Origin: the human T2T-CHM13v2.0 reference genome, Homo sapiens
Assembly: GCF_009914755.1 (NCBI RefSeq)
Contig: NC_060948.1
DNA length: 64,000 nt
Direction: 5' to 3' (one strand)
In this document: positions 39,228-53,429 of the stretch, piece after piece
Position numbering within the stretch: the first letter of the stretch is position 1
Layout: each line of letters starts with the position of its first letter
The notes under the pieces: generated by a model
Database searches by the model: none
Seen by the model: only the letters and a program-made list of their open reading frames with translations
Told to the model about the DNA's origin: nothing
Position numbers and translations under genes: made by a program

Positions 39228-42200
39228 TGGAATCTAATGGAATGGAATTAAATGGAAATGAATCAAATTGAATAGCACGGAATTGAATTGAATGGAATGG
39301 AATGCAATGGAATCTAATGAAACGGAAAGGAAAGGAATGGAATGGAATGGAATGGGCTGGAATGGAAAGGAATCGAAACGAATGGAATGGAATCGAACTG
39401 AAGAGACTGGAATGGAATGCACTGGAATGGAAGGGAGTGTAATGGAAGGTTCTCGAAAAAAATGGAATCGAATGGAATGGAATTGAATGGAACGGAATAG
39501 AGTCGAATGGAATTGAATGGAATGGAATGGACTAGAGTGAAATGGAATCGAACCACAAGGAATGGACAGGAATAGAATGGTCTCGAATTGAATGGAATCG
39601 TATGGAATGGCATCAAACGGAATGGAATGGACAGCCACGGAATGGAATGCACTCGAATGCAATGGAGTCGAAACAAATGGACTGGAATAGAATGGACTCG
39701 ACTGGTACGGACTCCAATGGAATGGAATCGAATGGAAGGGAATCGAACGGAAGGGAATCGAACGGAATGGACTCGAAGGGAAAAGACTGCAATGGAAAGG
39801 TCTCGAATGGAATGGAAATTAATGGAATGGAATGGAATCGAATGAAATGGAGTCAAAAGGAATGGAATCGAATGGCAAGAAATCGAATGTAATGGAATCG
39901 CCAGGAATTGATGTGAACGGAACGGAATGGAATGGAATCCAAAGGAATGGAATAGAATGGAATGGAATCGAATGGAAAGGACTCGAATGGAAATCACTCG
40001 AATAGAATGCAATTTAATAAAATAGGATCAAATGTAATGGAATGGAATGGAAAGGAATCGAAACGAAAGGAATGGAGACAGATGGAATGGAATGGAACAG
40101 AGAGCAATGGTATAGAATGGAATGGAATCATCTGGAATGGAATTGAATGGAATGGAATAATATGAAATGGAATGGAATGGAATGGAATGGAATGCCCTTG
40201 AATTAAATGGACTGGAATGGAATGGACTCAAACAGAGTGGAATGGAAAGTGTGGAGATAGAATGGAATGAACTCCTTTGGAATGGTGTAGTATGCAATGC
40301 AATCGACTGGCAGGGAATCAAAAGGAATGTAATCGAATGGATTGGACTGGAATGCAATGGACTCGAATAGATTGGAAACGGAATGCAAAGAATGGAATGG
40401 AATAGTATGGAATGGAATGGAAAGGAATGGAGTGGAACAGACTAGAGTGGAATGGAATGGACTGGAAAGCAATGGACTGGAATGGAACTTTCTTGAATGG
40501 ACTGGAATCAAACGGAATGGAATGCAATGCAATCAAATGGCATGGAATAAAATAGAATGAAAGAGAATCAAATGGAATTGAATCGAATGGAATTGAATGG
40601 ATTGGAAAGGAATAGAATGGAATGGAATGGAATTGACTCAAATGGAATGGACTAGAATGGAATGGATTCGAATGGAAGGCAAAGGAATGGAATCTATTGG
40701 AATGGACTGTAATGGAATGGAATGGAAGGGATTGGAATGGACTCGAATGGAATGGACTGCAATAGAAAGGATTCGAATGGAATGAAAAAGAATTGAATGG
40801 AATAGAACAGAATGGAATCAAATCGAATGAAATGGAATGGAATAGAAAGGAATGGAATGAAATGGAATGGAAAGGATTCGAATGGAATGCAATCGAATGG
40901 AATGGAATCGAACGGAATGGAATAAAATGGAAGAAAACTGGCAAGAAATGGAATCGAAATGAATGGAGTGTTATGGAACGGACTCAAAAGGAATTGAATG
41001 TAATAGAATGGAGTGGAGTGGACTCGAATATAATGGACTGGAATGGAATGAAATCACATGGAATGGGAACGAATGGAATGGAATGGAAAGGAATGGAATC
41101 GAATGGAAAGGAATCGAATGGAAGGGAATGAAATTGAATCAACAGGAATGGAAGGGAATAGAATAGACGGTAATGGAATGGACTCGAATAGAATGGACAC
41201 GAATGCTCAAATTAAATGGACTCGAATGGAATGGAAACGAAAGGAATGTCATCGAATGGAATTGAATCGATTGGAATGAAATCGCATAGAATGGAGTGGA
41301 ATCAAATGGAATTGAATCGAAAGGAAAGGAAGCGAATGGACTGAAATGAAATGGAATGGAATTGAATGGAAAGTAATGCAATGGAATAGAATGGAACGAA
41401 ATTTCACGGAATGGAATCAAACTGAATGGAATCAAATCAATGGAATCAAATCAAATGGAATGGAAAGGAATTGAATGGAGTAGATGGGATTGGATGGGAT
41501 TGGAATGAAATGTACTGGAAAGGACTCGAATTTGATGAAACAGAATGGAATGAATTGGAACGGAATGGACTCGAATGGAATGGAATGTCATGGGATGGCA
41601 TCAAATGGAATGGCATCAAATGGAATGGAATCGAATGCAATGGAATGCTATGGAATGGAATGGAATGCATTGGAATGGAATGTCCTCTAATGGAATGGAT
41701 TCGAGTGGAATGGAATTGAATATAATGGAGTCGAATGAAATGGAATTGAAAGGAATGGCATCGAATACAATGGAATATACTGGAATGTAACGTAATGAAC
41801 TCGAATGTAATTGACTGGAATGGAATGTACATGAATGGAATGTAATCGAATGGAAAGTAATCCAATGGAATAGAATCTAATGCAATAAAATCGACTCAGA
41901 TAGAGTAGAATGTAATGGAATGGAGTGCAGTGCAATGGAATGGAATGGAATTTAATGCAATGGAATGGAATGGAATGGAATGGGATGGAATGGTATGGAA
42001 TGGATAGTAATGGACTGGAGTGAAATGGACTGGAAAGGAATGGACTCAAATTGAAAGGGCACGAAAGGAATGGAGACAAATGGAATGGTCTGGAATGGAA
42101 TGAACACGAATGTAATGCAACCCAATAGAATGGAATCGAATGGCATGGAATATAAAGAAATGGAATCGAAGAGAATGGAAACAAATGGAATGGAATTGAA

Positions 42201-42770
42201 TGGAATGGGAACGAATGGAGTGAAATTGTATGCAGTAGAAGTGAATAGAATGGAATGCAAGCGAAAGGAAAGGAATGGATTGGAATGGAATGGAATTCAT
42301 TGGAATGGAAGGGAATGTAGTGTAATGGACAGGCCTGGAATAAAGTGGAATGCTACGGTCTCGAATGGAATAAAAATGTATGGAATGGAATGCAATGAAA
42401 CGGAATCGAATGTCATAGAATGTAATGGAATGCAAAAAAATGGAATCCAAAATCATTGACTGGAAAGGCTGGGTGTCGAAAGGAATTGACTCCAATGGAA
42501 TGGAATCGAATGGAATGGAAGTGAATAGAATCGAACTAAATCGAATGGAATGGAATTGATAGGAACGGAATGGAAAGGAATGCAATGATTTGGCATGGAA
42601 TGGAATCGAATGGCATCGAATGGAATGGAATGGAATGCAATGGAATGGAATGTATTAGAATGTAATGAACTTTAATGGAATGTACTCGAATGGATTCGAC
42701 TGGAATGGAATGTTCTGGAAGTGAATGGACTCCAATGGAATGGATTCAAAAGGAATGGAATCGTACGGAA
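39228..42770 (+). repeat. DYZ1 unit 12 (3543 bp, A-to-B chimera)
   Basis: 1-bp deletion at ~40390; TTTGATGAAACAG and GGAATTTAAT variants. Confidence 0.93.
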
Positions 42771-45700
42771 TGGAATCTAATGGAATGGAATTAAATGGAA
42801 ATGAATCAAATTGAATAGCACGGAATTGAATTGAATGGAATGGAATGCAATGGAATCTAATGAAACGGAAAGGAAAGGAATGGAATGGAATGGAATGGGC
42901 TGGAATGGAAAGGAATCGAAACGAATGGAATGGAATCGAAGTGAAGAGACTGGAATGGAATGCACTGGAATGGAAGGGAGTGTAATGGAAGGTTCTCGAA
43001 AAAAATGGAATCGAATGGAATGGAATTGAATGGAACGGAATAGAGTCGAATGGAATTGAATGGAATGGAATGGACTAGAGTGAAATGGAATCGAACCACA
43101 AGGAATGGACAGGAATAGAATGGTCTCGAATTGAATGGAATCGTATGGAATGGCATCAAACGGAATGGAATGGACAGCCACGGAATGGAATGCACTCGAA
43201 TGCAATGTAGTCGAAACTAACGGACTGGAATAGAATGGACTCGACTGGTACGGACTCCAATGGAATGGAATCGAACGGAAGGGAATCGAACGGAATGGAC
43301 TCGAAGGGAAAAGACTGCAATGGAAAGGTCTCGAATGGAATGGAAATTAATGGAATGGAATGGAATCGAATGAAATGGAGTCAAAAGGAATGGAATCGAA
43401 TGGCAAGAAATCGAATGTAATGGAATCGCAAGGAATTGATGTGAACGGAACGGAATGGAATGGAATCCAAAGGAATGGAATAGAATGGAATGGAATCGAA
43501 TGGAAAGGACTCGAATGGAAATCACTCGAATAGAATGCAATTTAATAAAATAGGATCAAATGTAATGGAATGGAATGGAAAGGAATCGAAACGAAAGGAA
43601 TGGAGACAGATGGAATGGAATGGAACAGAGAGCAATGGTATAGAATGGAATGGAATCATCTGGAATGGAATTGAATGGAATGGAATAATATGAAATGGAA
43701 TGGAATGGAATGGAATGGAATGCCCTTGAATTAAATGGACTGGAATGGAATGGACTCAAACAGAGTGGAATGCAAAGTGTGGAGGTAGAATGGAATGAAC
43801 TCCTTTGGAATGGACTAGTAGGCAATGCAATCGACTAGCAGGGAATCAAAAGGAATGTAATCGAATGGATTGGACTGGAATGCAATGGACTCGAATAGAT
43901 TGGAAACGGAATGCAAAGAATGGAATGGAATAGTATGGAATGGAATGGAAAGGAATGGAGTGGAATAGACTAGAGTGGAATGGAATGGACTGGAAAGCAA
44001 TGGACTGGAATGGAACTTTCTTGAATGGACTGGAATCAAACGGAATGGAATGCAATGCAATCAAATGGCATGGAATAAAATAGAATGAAAGAGAATCAAA
44101 TGGAATTGAATCGAATGGAATCGAATGGATTGGAAAGGAATAGAATGGAATGGAATGGAAATGACTCAAATGGAATGGACTAGAATGGAATGGATTCGAA
44201 TGGAAGGCAAAGGAATGGAATCTATTGGAATGGACTGTAATGGAATGGAATGGAAGGGATTGGAATGGACTCGAATGGAATGGACTGCAATAGAAAGGAT
44301 TCGAATGGAATGAAAAAGAATTGAATGGAATAGAACAGAATGGAATCAAATCGAATGAAATGGAATGGAATAGAAAGGAATGGAATGAAATGGAATGGAA
44401 AGGATTCGAATGGAATGCAATCGAATGGAATGGAATCGAACGGAATGGAATAAAATGGAAGAAAACTGGCAAGAAATGGAATCGAAATGAATGGAGTGTT
44501 ATGGAACGGACTCAAAAGGAATTGAATGTAATAGAATGGAGTGGAGTGGACTCGAATATAATGGACTGGAATGGAATGAAATCACATGGAATGGGAACGA
44601 ATGGAATGGAATGGAAAGGAATGGAATCGAATGGAAAGGAATCGAATGGAAGGGAATGAAATTGAATCAACAGGAATGGAAGGGAATAGAATAGACTCTA
44701 ATGGAATGGACTCGAATAGAATGGACACGAATGCTCAAATTAAATGGACTCGAATGGAATGGAAACGAAAGGAATGTCATCGAATGGAATTGAATCGATT
44801 GGAATGAAATCGCATAGAATGGAGTGGAATCAAATGGAATTGAATCGAAAGGAAAGGAAGCGAATGGACTGAAATGAAATGGAATGGAATTGAATGGAAA
44901 GTAATGCAATGGAATAGAATGGAACGAAATTTCACGGAATGGAATCAAACTGAATGGAATCAAATCAATGGAATCAAATCAAATGGAATGGAAAGGAATT
45001 GAATGGAGTAGATGGGATTGGATGGGATTGGAATGAAATGTACTGGAAAGGACTCGAATTTCATGAAACGGAATGGAATGAATTGGAACGGAATGGACTC
45101 GAATGGAATGGAATGTCATGGGATTGCATCAAATGGAATGGCATCAAATGGAATGGAATCGAATGCAATGGAATGCTATGGAATGGAATGGAATGCATTG
45201 GAATGGAATGTCCTCTAATGGAATGGATTCGAGTGGAATGGAATTGAATATAATGGAGTCGAATGAAATGGAATTGAAAGGAATGGGATCGAATACAATG
45301 GAATATACTGGAATGTAACGTAATGACCTGGAATGTAATTGACTGGAATGGAATGTACATGAATGGAATGTAATCGAATGGAAAGTAATCCAATGGAATA
45401 GAATCTAATGCAATAAAATCGACTCAGATAGAGTAGAATGTAATGGAATGGAGTGCAGTGCAATGGAATGGAATGGAATGGAATGCAATGGAATGGAATG
45501 GAATGGAATGCAATGGAATGGAATGTAATGGAATGGGATGGAATGGTATGGAATGGATAGTAATGGACTGGAGTGAAATGGACTGGAAAGGAATGGACTC
45601 AAATTGAAAGGGCTCGAAAGGAATGGAGTCAAATGGAATGGTCTGGAATGGAATGAACACGAATGTAATGCAACCCAATAGAATGGAATCGAATGGCATG

Positions 45701-46338
45701 GAATATAAAGAAATGGAATCGAAGAGAATGGAAACAAATGGAATGGAATTGAATGGAATGGAATTGAATGGAATGGGAACGAATGGAGTGAAATTGTATG
45801 CAGTAGAAGAGAATAGAATGGAATGCAAGCGAAAGGAAAGGAATGGATTGGAATGGAATGGAATTCATTGGAATGGAAGGGAATGTAGTGTAATGGACAG
45901 GCCTGGAATAAAGTGGAATGCTACGGTCTCGAATGGAATAAAAATGTATGGAATGGAATGCAATGAAACGGAATCGAATGTCATAGAATGTAATGGAATG
46001 CAACAAAATGGAATCCAAAATCATTGACTGGAAAGGCTGGGTGTCGAAAGGAATTGACTCCAATGGAATGGAATCGAATGGAATGGAAGTGAATAGAATC
46101 GAACTAAATCGAATGGAATGGAATTGATAGGAACGGAATGGAAAGGAATGCAATGATTTGGCATGGAATGGAATCGAATGGCATCGAATGGAATGGAATG
46201 GAATGCAATGGAATGGAATGTATTAGAATGTAATGAACTTTAATGGAATGTACTCGAATGGATTCGACTGGAATGGAATGTTCTGGAAGTGAATGGACTC
46301 CAATGGAATGGATTCAAAAGGAATGGAATCGTACGGAA
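42771..46338 (+). repeat. DYZ1 unit 13 (3568 bp, B-to-A chimera)
   Basis: B alleles to ~44023; A alleles from ~44697 including the 14-pentamer tract. Confidence 0.92.
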
Positions 46339-49300
46339 TGGAATCTAATGGAATGGAATTAAATGGAAATGAATCAAATTGAATAGCACGGAATTGAATT
46401 GAATGGAATGGAATGCAATGGAATCTAATGAAACGGAAAGGAAAGGAATGGAATGGAATGGAATGGGCTGGAATGGAAAGGAATCGAAACGAATGGAATG
46501 GAATCGAACTGAAGAGACTGGAATGGAATGCACTGGAATGGAAGGGAGTGTAATGGAAGGTTCTCGAAAAAAATGGAATCGAATGGAATGGAATTGAATG
46601 GAACGGAATAGAGTCGAATGGAATTGAATGGAATGGAATGGACTAGAGTGAAATGGAATCGAACCACAAGGAATGGACAGGAATAGAATGGTCTCGAATT
46701 GAATGGAATCGTATGGAATGGCATCAAACGGAATGGAATGGACAGCCACGGAATGGAATGCACTCGAATGCAATGGAGTCGAAACAAATGGACTGGAATA
46801 GAATGGACTCGACTGGTACGGACTCCAATGGAATGGAATCGAATGGAAGGGAATCGAACGGAAGGGAATCGAACGGAATGGACTCGAAGGGAAAAGACTG
46901 CAATGGAAAGGTCTCGAATGGAATGGAAATTAACAGAATGGAATGGAATCGAATGAAATGGAGTCAAAAGGAATGGAATCGAATGGCAAGAAATCGAATG
47001 TAATGGAATCGCCAGGAATTGATGTGAACGGAACGGAATGGAATGGAATCCAAAGGAATGGAATAGAATGGAATGGAATCGAATGCAAAGGACTCGAATG
47101 GAAATCACTCGAATAGAATGCAATTTAATAAAATAAGATCAAATGTAATGGAATGGAATGGAAAGGAATCGAAACGAAAGGAATGGAGACAGATGGAATG
47201 GAATGGAACAGAGAGCAATGGTATAGAATGGAATGGAATCATCTGGAATGGAATTGAATGGAATGGAATAATATGAAATGGAATGGAATGGAATGGAATG
47301 GAATGCCCTTGAATTAAATGGACTGGAATGGAATGGACTCAAACAGAGTGGAATGGAAAGTGTGGAGATAGAATGGAATGAACTCCTTTGGAATGGTGTA
47401 GTATGCAATGCAATCGACTGGCAGGGAATCAAAAGGAATGTAATCGAATGGATTGGACTGGAATGCAATGGACTCGAATAGATTGGAAACGGAATGCAAA
47501 GAATGGAATGGAATAGTATGGAATGGAATGGAAAGGAATGGAGTGGAACAGACTAGAGTGGAATGGAATGGACTGGAAAGCAATGGACTGGAATGGAACT
47601 TTCTTGAATGGACTGGAATCAAACGGAATGGAATGCAATGCAATCAAATGGCATGGAATAAAATAGAATGAAAGAGAATCAAATGGAATTGAATCGAATG
47701 GAATCGAATGGATTGGAAAGGAATAGAATGGAATGGAATGGAATTGACTCAAATGGAATGGACTAGAATGGAATGGATTCGAATGGAAGGCAAAGGAATG
47801 GAATCTATTGGAATGGACTGTAATGGAATGGAATGGAAGGGATTGGAATGGACTCGAATGGAATGGACTGCAATAGAAAGGATTCGAATGGAATGAAAAA
47901 GAATTGAATGGAATAGAACAGAATGGAATCAAATCGAATGAAATGGAATGGAATAGAAAGGAATGGAATGAAATGGAATGGAAAGGATTCGAATGGAATG
48001 CAATCGAATGGAATGGAATCGAACGGAATGGAATAAAATGGAAGAAAACTGGCAAGAAATGGAATCGAAATGAATGGAGTGTTATGGAACGGACTCAAAA
48101 GGAATTGAATGTAATAGAATGGAGTGGAGTGGACTCGAATATAATGGACTGGAATGGAATGAAATCACATGGAATGGGAACGAATGGAATGGAATGGAAA
48201 GGAATGGAATCGAATGGAAAGGAATCGAATGGAAGGGAATGAAATTGAATCAACAGGAATGGAAGGGAATAGAATAGACGGTAATGGAATGGACTCGAAT
48301 AGAATGGACACGAATGCTCAAATTAAATGGACTCGAATGGAATGGAAACGAAAGGAATGTCATCGAATGGAATTGAATCGATTGGAATGAAATCGCATAG
48401 AATGGAGTGGAATCAAATGGAATTGAATCGAAAGGAAAGGAAGCGAATGGACTGAAATGAAATGGAATGGAATTGAATGGAAAGTAATGCAATGGAATAG
48501 AATGGAACGAAATTTCACGGAATGGAATCAAACTGAATGGAATCAAATCAATGGAATCAAATCAAATGGAATGGAAAGGAATTGAATGGAGTAGATGGGA
48601 TTGGATGGGATTGGAATGAAATGTACTGGAAAGGACTCGAATTTGATGAAACAGAATGGAATGAATTGGAACGGAATGGACTCGAATGGAATGGAATGTC
48701 ATGGGATGGCATCAAATGGAATGGCATCAAATGGAATGGAATCGAATGCAATGGAATGCTATGGAATGGAATGGAATGCATTGGAATGGAATGTCCTCTA
48801 ATGGAATGGATTCGAGTGGAATGGAATTGAATATAATGGAGTCGAATGAAATGGAATTGAAAGGAATGGCATCGAATACAATGGAATATACTGGAATGTA
48901 ACGTAATGAACTCGAATGTAATTGACTGGAATGGAATGTACATGAATGGAATGTAATCGAATGGAAAGTAATCCAATGGAATAGAATCTAATGCAATAAA
49001 ATCGACTCAGATAGAGTAGAATGTAATGGAATGGAGTGCAGTGCAATGGAATGGAATGGAATTTAATGCAATGGAATGGAATGGAATGGAATGGGATGGA
49101 ATGGTATGGAATGGATAGTAATGGACTGGAGTGAAATGGACTGGAAAGGAATGGACTCAAATTGAAAGGGCACGAAAGGAATGGAGTCAAATGGAATGGT
49201 CTGGAATGGAATGAACACGAATGTAATGCAACCCAATAGAATGGAATCGAATGGCATGGAATATAAAGAAATGGAATCGAAGAGAATGGAAACAAATGGA

Positions 49301-49881
49301 ATGGAATTGAATGGAATGGGAACGAATGGAGTGAAATTGTATGCAGTAGAAGTGAATAGAATGGAATGCAAGCGAAAGGAAAGGAATGGATTGGAATGGA
49401 ATGGAATTCATTGGAATGGAAGGGAATGTAGTGTAATGGACAGGCCTGGAATAAAGTGGAATGCTACGGTCTCGAATGGAATAAAAATGTATGGAATGGA
49501 ATGCAATGAAACGGAATCGAATGTCATAGAATGTAATGGAATGCAAAAAAATGGAATCCAAAATCATTGACTGGAAAGGCTGGGTGTCGAAAGGAATTGA
49601 CTCCAATGGAATGGAATCGAATGGAATGGAAGTGAATAGAATCGAACTAAATCGAATGGAATGGAATTGATAGGAACGGAATGGAAAGGAATGCAATGAT
49701 TTGGCATGGAATGGAATCGAATGGCATCGAATGGAATGGAATGGAATGCAATGGAATGGAATGTATTAGAATGGAATGAACTTTAATGGAATGTACTCGA
49801 ATGGATTCGACTGGAATGGAATGTTCTGGAAGTGAATGGACTCCAATGGAATGGATTCAAAAGGAATGGAATCGTACGGAA
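46339..49881 (+). repeat. DYZ1 unit 14 (3543 bp, near copy of units 12 and 17)
   Basis: Shares the private variant set with units 12 and 17. Confidence 0.93.
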
Positions 49882-52800
49882 TGGAATCTAATGGAATGGA
49901 ATTAAATGGAAATGAATCAAATTGAATAGCACGGAATTGAATTGAATGGAATGGAATGCAATGGAATCTAATGAAACGGAAAGGAAAGGAATGGAATGGA
50001 ATGGAATGGGCTGGAATGGAAAGGAATCGAAACGAATGGAATGGAATCGAAGTGAAGAGACTGGAATGGAATGCACTGGAATGGAAGGGAGTGTAATGGA
50101 AGGTTCTCGAAAAAAATGGAATCGAATGGAATGGAATTGAATGGAACGGAATAGAGTCGAATGGAATTGAATGGAATGGAATGGACTAGAGTGAAATGGA
50201 ATCGAACCACAAGGAATGGACAGGAATAGAATGGTCTCGAATTGAATGGAATCGTATGGAATGGCATCAAACGGAATGGAATGGACAGCCACGGAATGGA
50301 ATGCACTCGAATGCAATGAAGTCGAAACTAACGGACTGGAATAGAATGGACTCGACTGGTACGGACTCCAATGGAATGGAATCGAACGGAAGGGAATCGA
50401 ACGGAATGGACTCGAAGGGAAAAGACTGCAATGGAAAGGTCTCGAATGGAATGGAAATTAATGGAATGGAATGGAATCGAATGAAATGGAGTCAAAAGGA
50501 ATGGAATCGAATGGCAAGAAATCGAATGTAATGGAATCGCAAGGAATTGATGTGAACGGAACGGAATGGAATGGAATCCAAAGGAATGGAATAGAATGGA
50601 ATGGAATCGAATGGAAAGGACTCGAATGGAAATCACTCGAATAGAATGCAATTTAATAAAATAGGATCAAATGTAATGGAATGGAATGGAAAGGAATCGA
50701 AACGAAAGGAATGGAGACAGATGGAATGGAATGGAACAGAGAGCAATGGTATAGAATGGAATGGAATCATCTGGAATGGAATTGAATGGAATGGAATAAT
50801 ATGAAATGGAATGGAATGGAATGGAATGGAATGCCCTTGAATTAAATGGACTGGAATGGAATGGACTCAAACAGAGTGGAATGCAAAGTGTGGAGGTAGA
50901 ATGGAATGAACTCCTTTGGAATGGACTAGTAGGCAATGCAATCGACTAGCAGGGAATCAAAAGGAATGTAATCGAATGGATTGGACTGGAATGCAATGGA
51001 CTCGAATAGATTGGAAACGGAATGCAAAGAATGGAATGGAATAGTATGGAATGGAATGGAAAGGAATGGAGTGGAATAGACTAGAGTGGAATGGAATGGA
51101 CTGGAAAGCAATGGACTGGAATGGAACTTTCTTGAATGGACTGGAATCAAACGGAATGGAATGCAATGCAATCAAATGGCATGGAATAAAATAGAATGAA
51201 AGAGAATCAAATGGAATTGAATCGAATGGAATCGAATGGATTGGAAAGGAATAGAATGGAATGGAATGGAATTGACTCAAATGGAATGGACTAGAATGGA
51301 ATGGATTCGAATGGAAGGCAAAGGAATGGAATCTATTGGAATGGACTGTAATGGAATGGAATGGAAGGGATTGGAATGGACTCGAATGGAATGGACTGCA
51401 ATAGAAAGGATTCGAATGGAATGAAAAAGAATTGAATGGAATAGAACAGAATGGAATCAAATCGAATGAAATGGAATGGAATAGAAAGGAATGGAATGAA
51501 ATGGAATGGAAAGGATTCGAATGGAATGCAATCGAATGGAATGGAATCGAACGGAATGGAATAAAATGGAAGAAAACTGGCAAGAAATGGAATCGAAATG
51601 AATGGAGTGTTATGGAACGGACTCAAAAGGAATTGAATGTAATAGAATGGAGTGGAGTGGACTCGAATATAATGGACTGGAATGGAATGAAATCACATGG
51701 AATGGGAACGAATGGAATGGAATGGAAAGGAATGGAATCGAATGGAAAGGAATCGAATGGAAGGGAATGAAATTGAATCAACACGAATGGAAGGGAATAG
51801 AATAGACGGTAATGGAATGGACTCGAATAGAATGGACACGAATGCTCAAATTAAATGGACTCGAATGGAATGGAAACGAAAGGAATGTCATCGAATGGAA
51901 TTGAATCGATTGGAATGAAATCGCATAGAATGGAGTGGAATCAAATGGAATTGAATCGAAAGGAAAGGAAGCGAATGGACTGAAATGAAATGGAATGGAA
52001 TTGAATGGAAAGTAATGCAATGGAATAGAATGGAACGAAATTTCACGGAATGGAATCAAACTGAATGGAATCAAATCAATGGAATCAAATCAAATGGAAT
52101 GGAAAGGAATTGAATGGAGTAGATGGGATTGGATGGGATTGGAATGAAATGTACTGGAAAGGACTCGAATTTCATGAAACGGAATGGAATGAATTGGAAC
52201 GGAATGGACTCGAATGGAATGGAATGTCATGGGATGGCATCAAACGGAATGGCATCAAATGGAATGGAATCGAATGCAATGGAATGCTATGGAATGGAAT
52301 GGAATGCATTGGAATGGAATGTCCTCTAATGGAATGGATTCGAGTGGAATGGAATTGAATATAATGGAGTCGAATGAAATGGAATTGAAAGGAATGGGAT
52401 CGAATACAATGGAATATACTGGAATGTAACGTAATGAACTCGAATGTAATTGACTGGAATGGAATGTACATGAATGGAATGTAATCGAATGGAAAGTAAT
52501 CCAATGGAATAGGATCTAATGCAATAAAATCGACTCAGATAGAGTAGAATGTAATGGAATGGAGTGCAGTGTAATGGAATGGAGTGCAGTGCAATGGAAT
52601 GGAATGGAATGGAATGCAATGGAATGGAATGGAATGGAATGGGATGGAATGGTATGGAATGGATAGTAATGGACTGGAGTGAAATGGACTGGAAAGGAAT
52701 GGACTCAAATTGAAAGGGCACGAAAGGAATGGAGTCAAATGGAATGGTCTGGAATGGAATGAACACGAATGTAATGCAACCCAATAGAATGGAATCGAAT

Positions 52801-53429
52801 GGCATGGAATATAAAGAAATGGAATCGAAGAGAATGGAAACAAATGGAATGGAATTGAATGGAATGGGAACGAATGGAGTGAAATTGTATGCAGTAGAAG
52901 AGAATAGAATGGAATGCAAGCGAAAGGAAAGGAATGGATTGGAATGGAATGGAATTCATTGGAATGGAAGGGAATGTAGTGTAATGGACAGGCCTGGAAT
53001 AAAGTGGAATGCTACGGTCTCGAATGGAATAAAAATGTATGGAATGGAATGCAATGAAACGGAATCGAATGTCATAGAATGTAATGGAATGCAAAAAAAT
53101 GGAATCCAAAATCATTGACTGGAAAGGCTGGGTGTCGAAAGGAATTGACTCCAATGGAATGGAATCGAATGGAATGGAAGTGAATAGAATCGAACTAAAT
53201 CGAATGGAATGGAATTGATAGGAACGGAATGGAAAGGAATGCAATGATTTGGCATGGAATGGAATCGAATGGCATCGAATGGAATGGAATGGAATGCAAT
53301 GGAATGGAATGTATTAGAATGTAATGAACTTTAATGGAATGTACTCGAATGGATTCGACTGGAATGGAATGTTCTGGAAGTGAATGGACTCCAATGGAAT
53401 GGATTCAAAAGGAATGGAATCGTACGGAA
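49882..53429 (+). repeat. DYZ1 unit 15 (3548 bp, B-type with private 20-bp duplication)
   Basis: GTAATGGAATGGAGTGCAGT x2 at 52551-52590. Confidence 0.93.
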
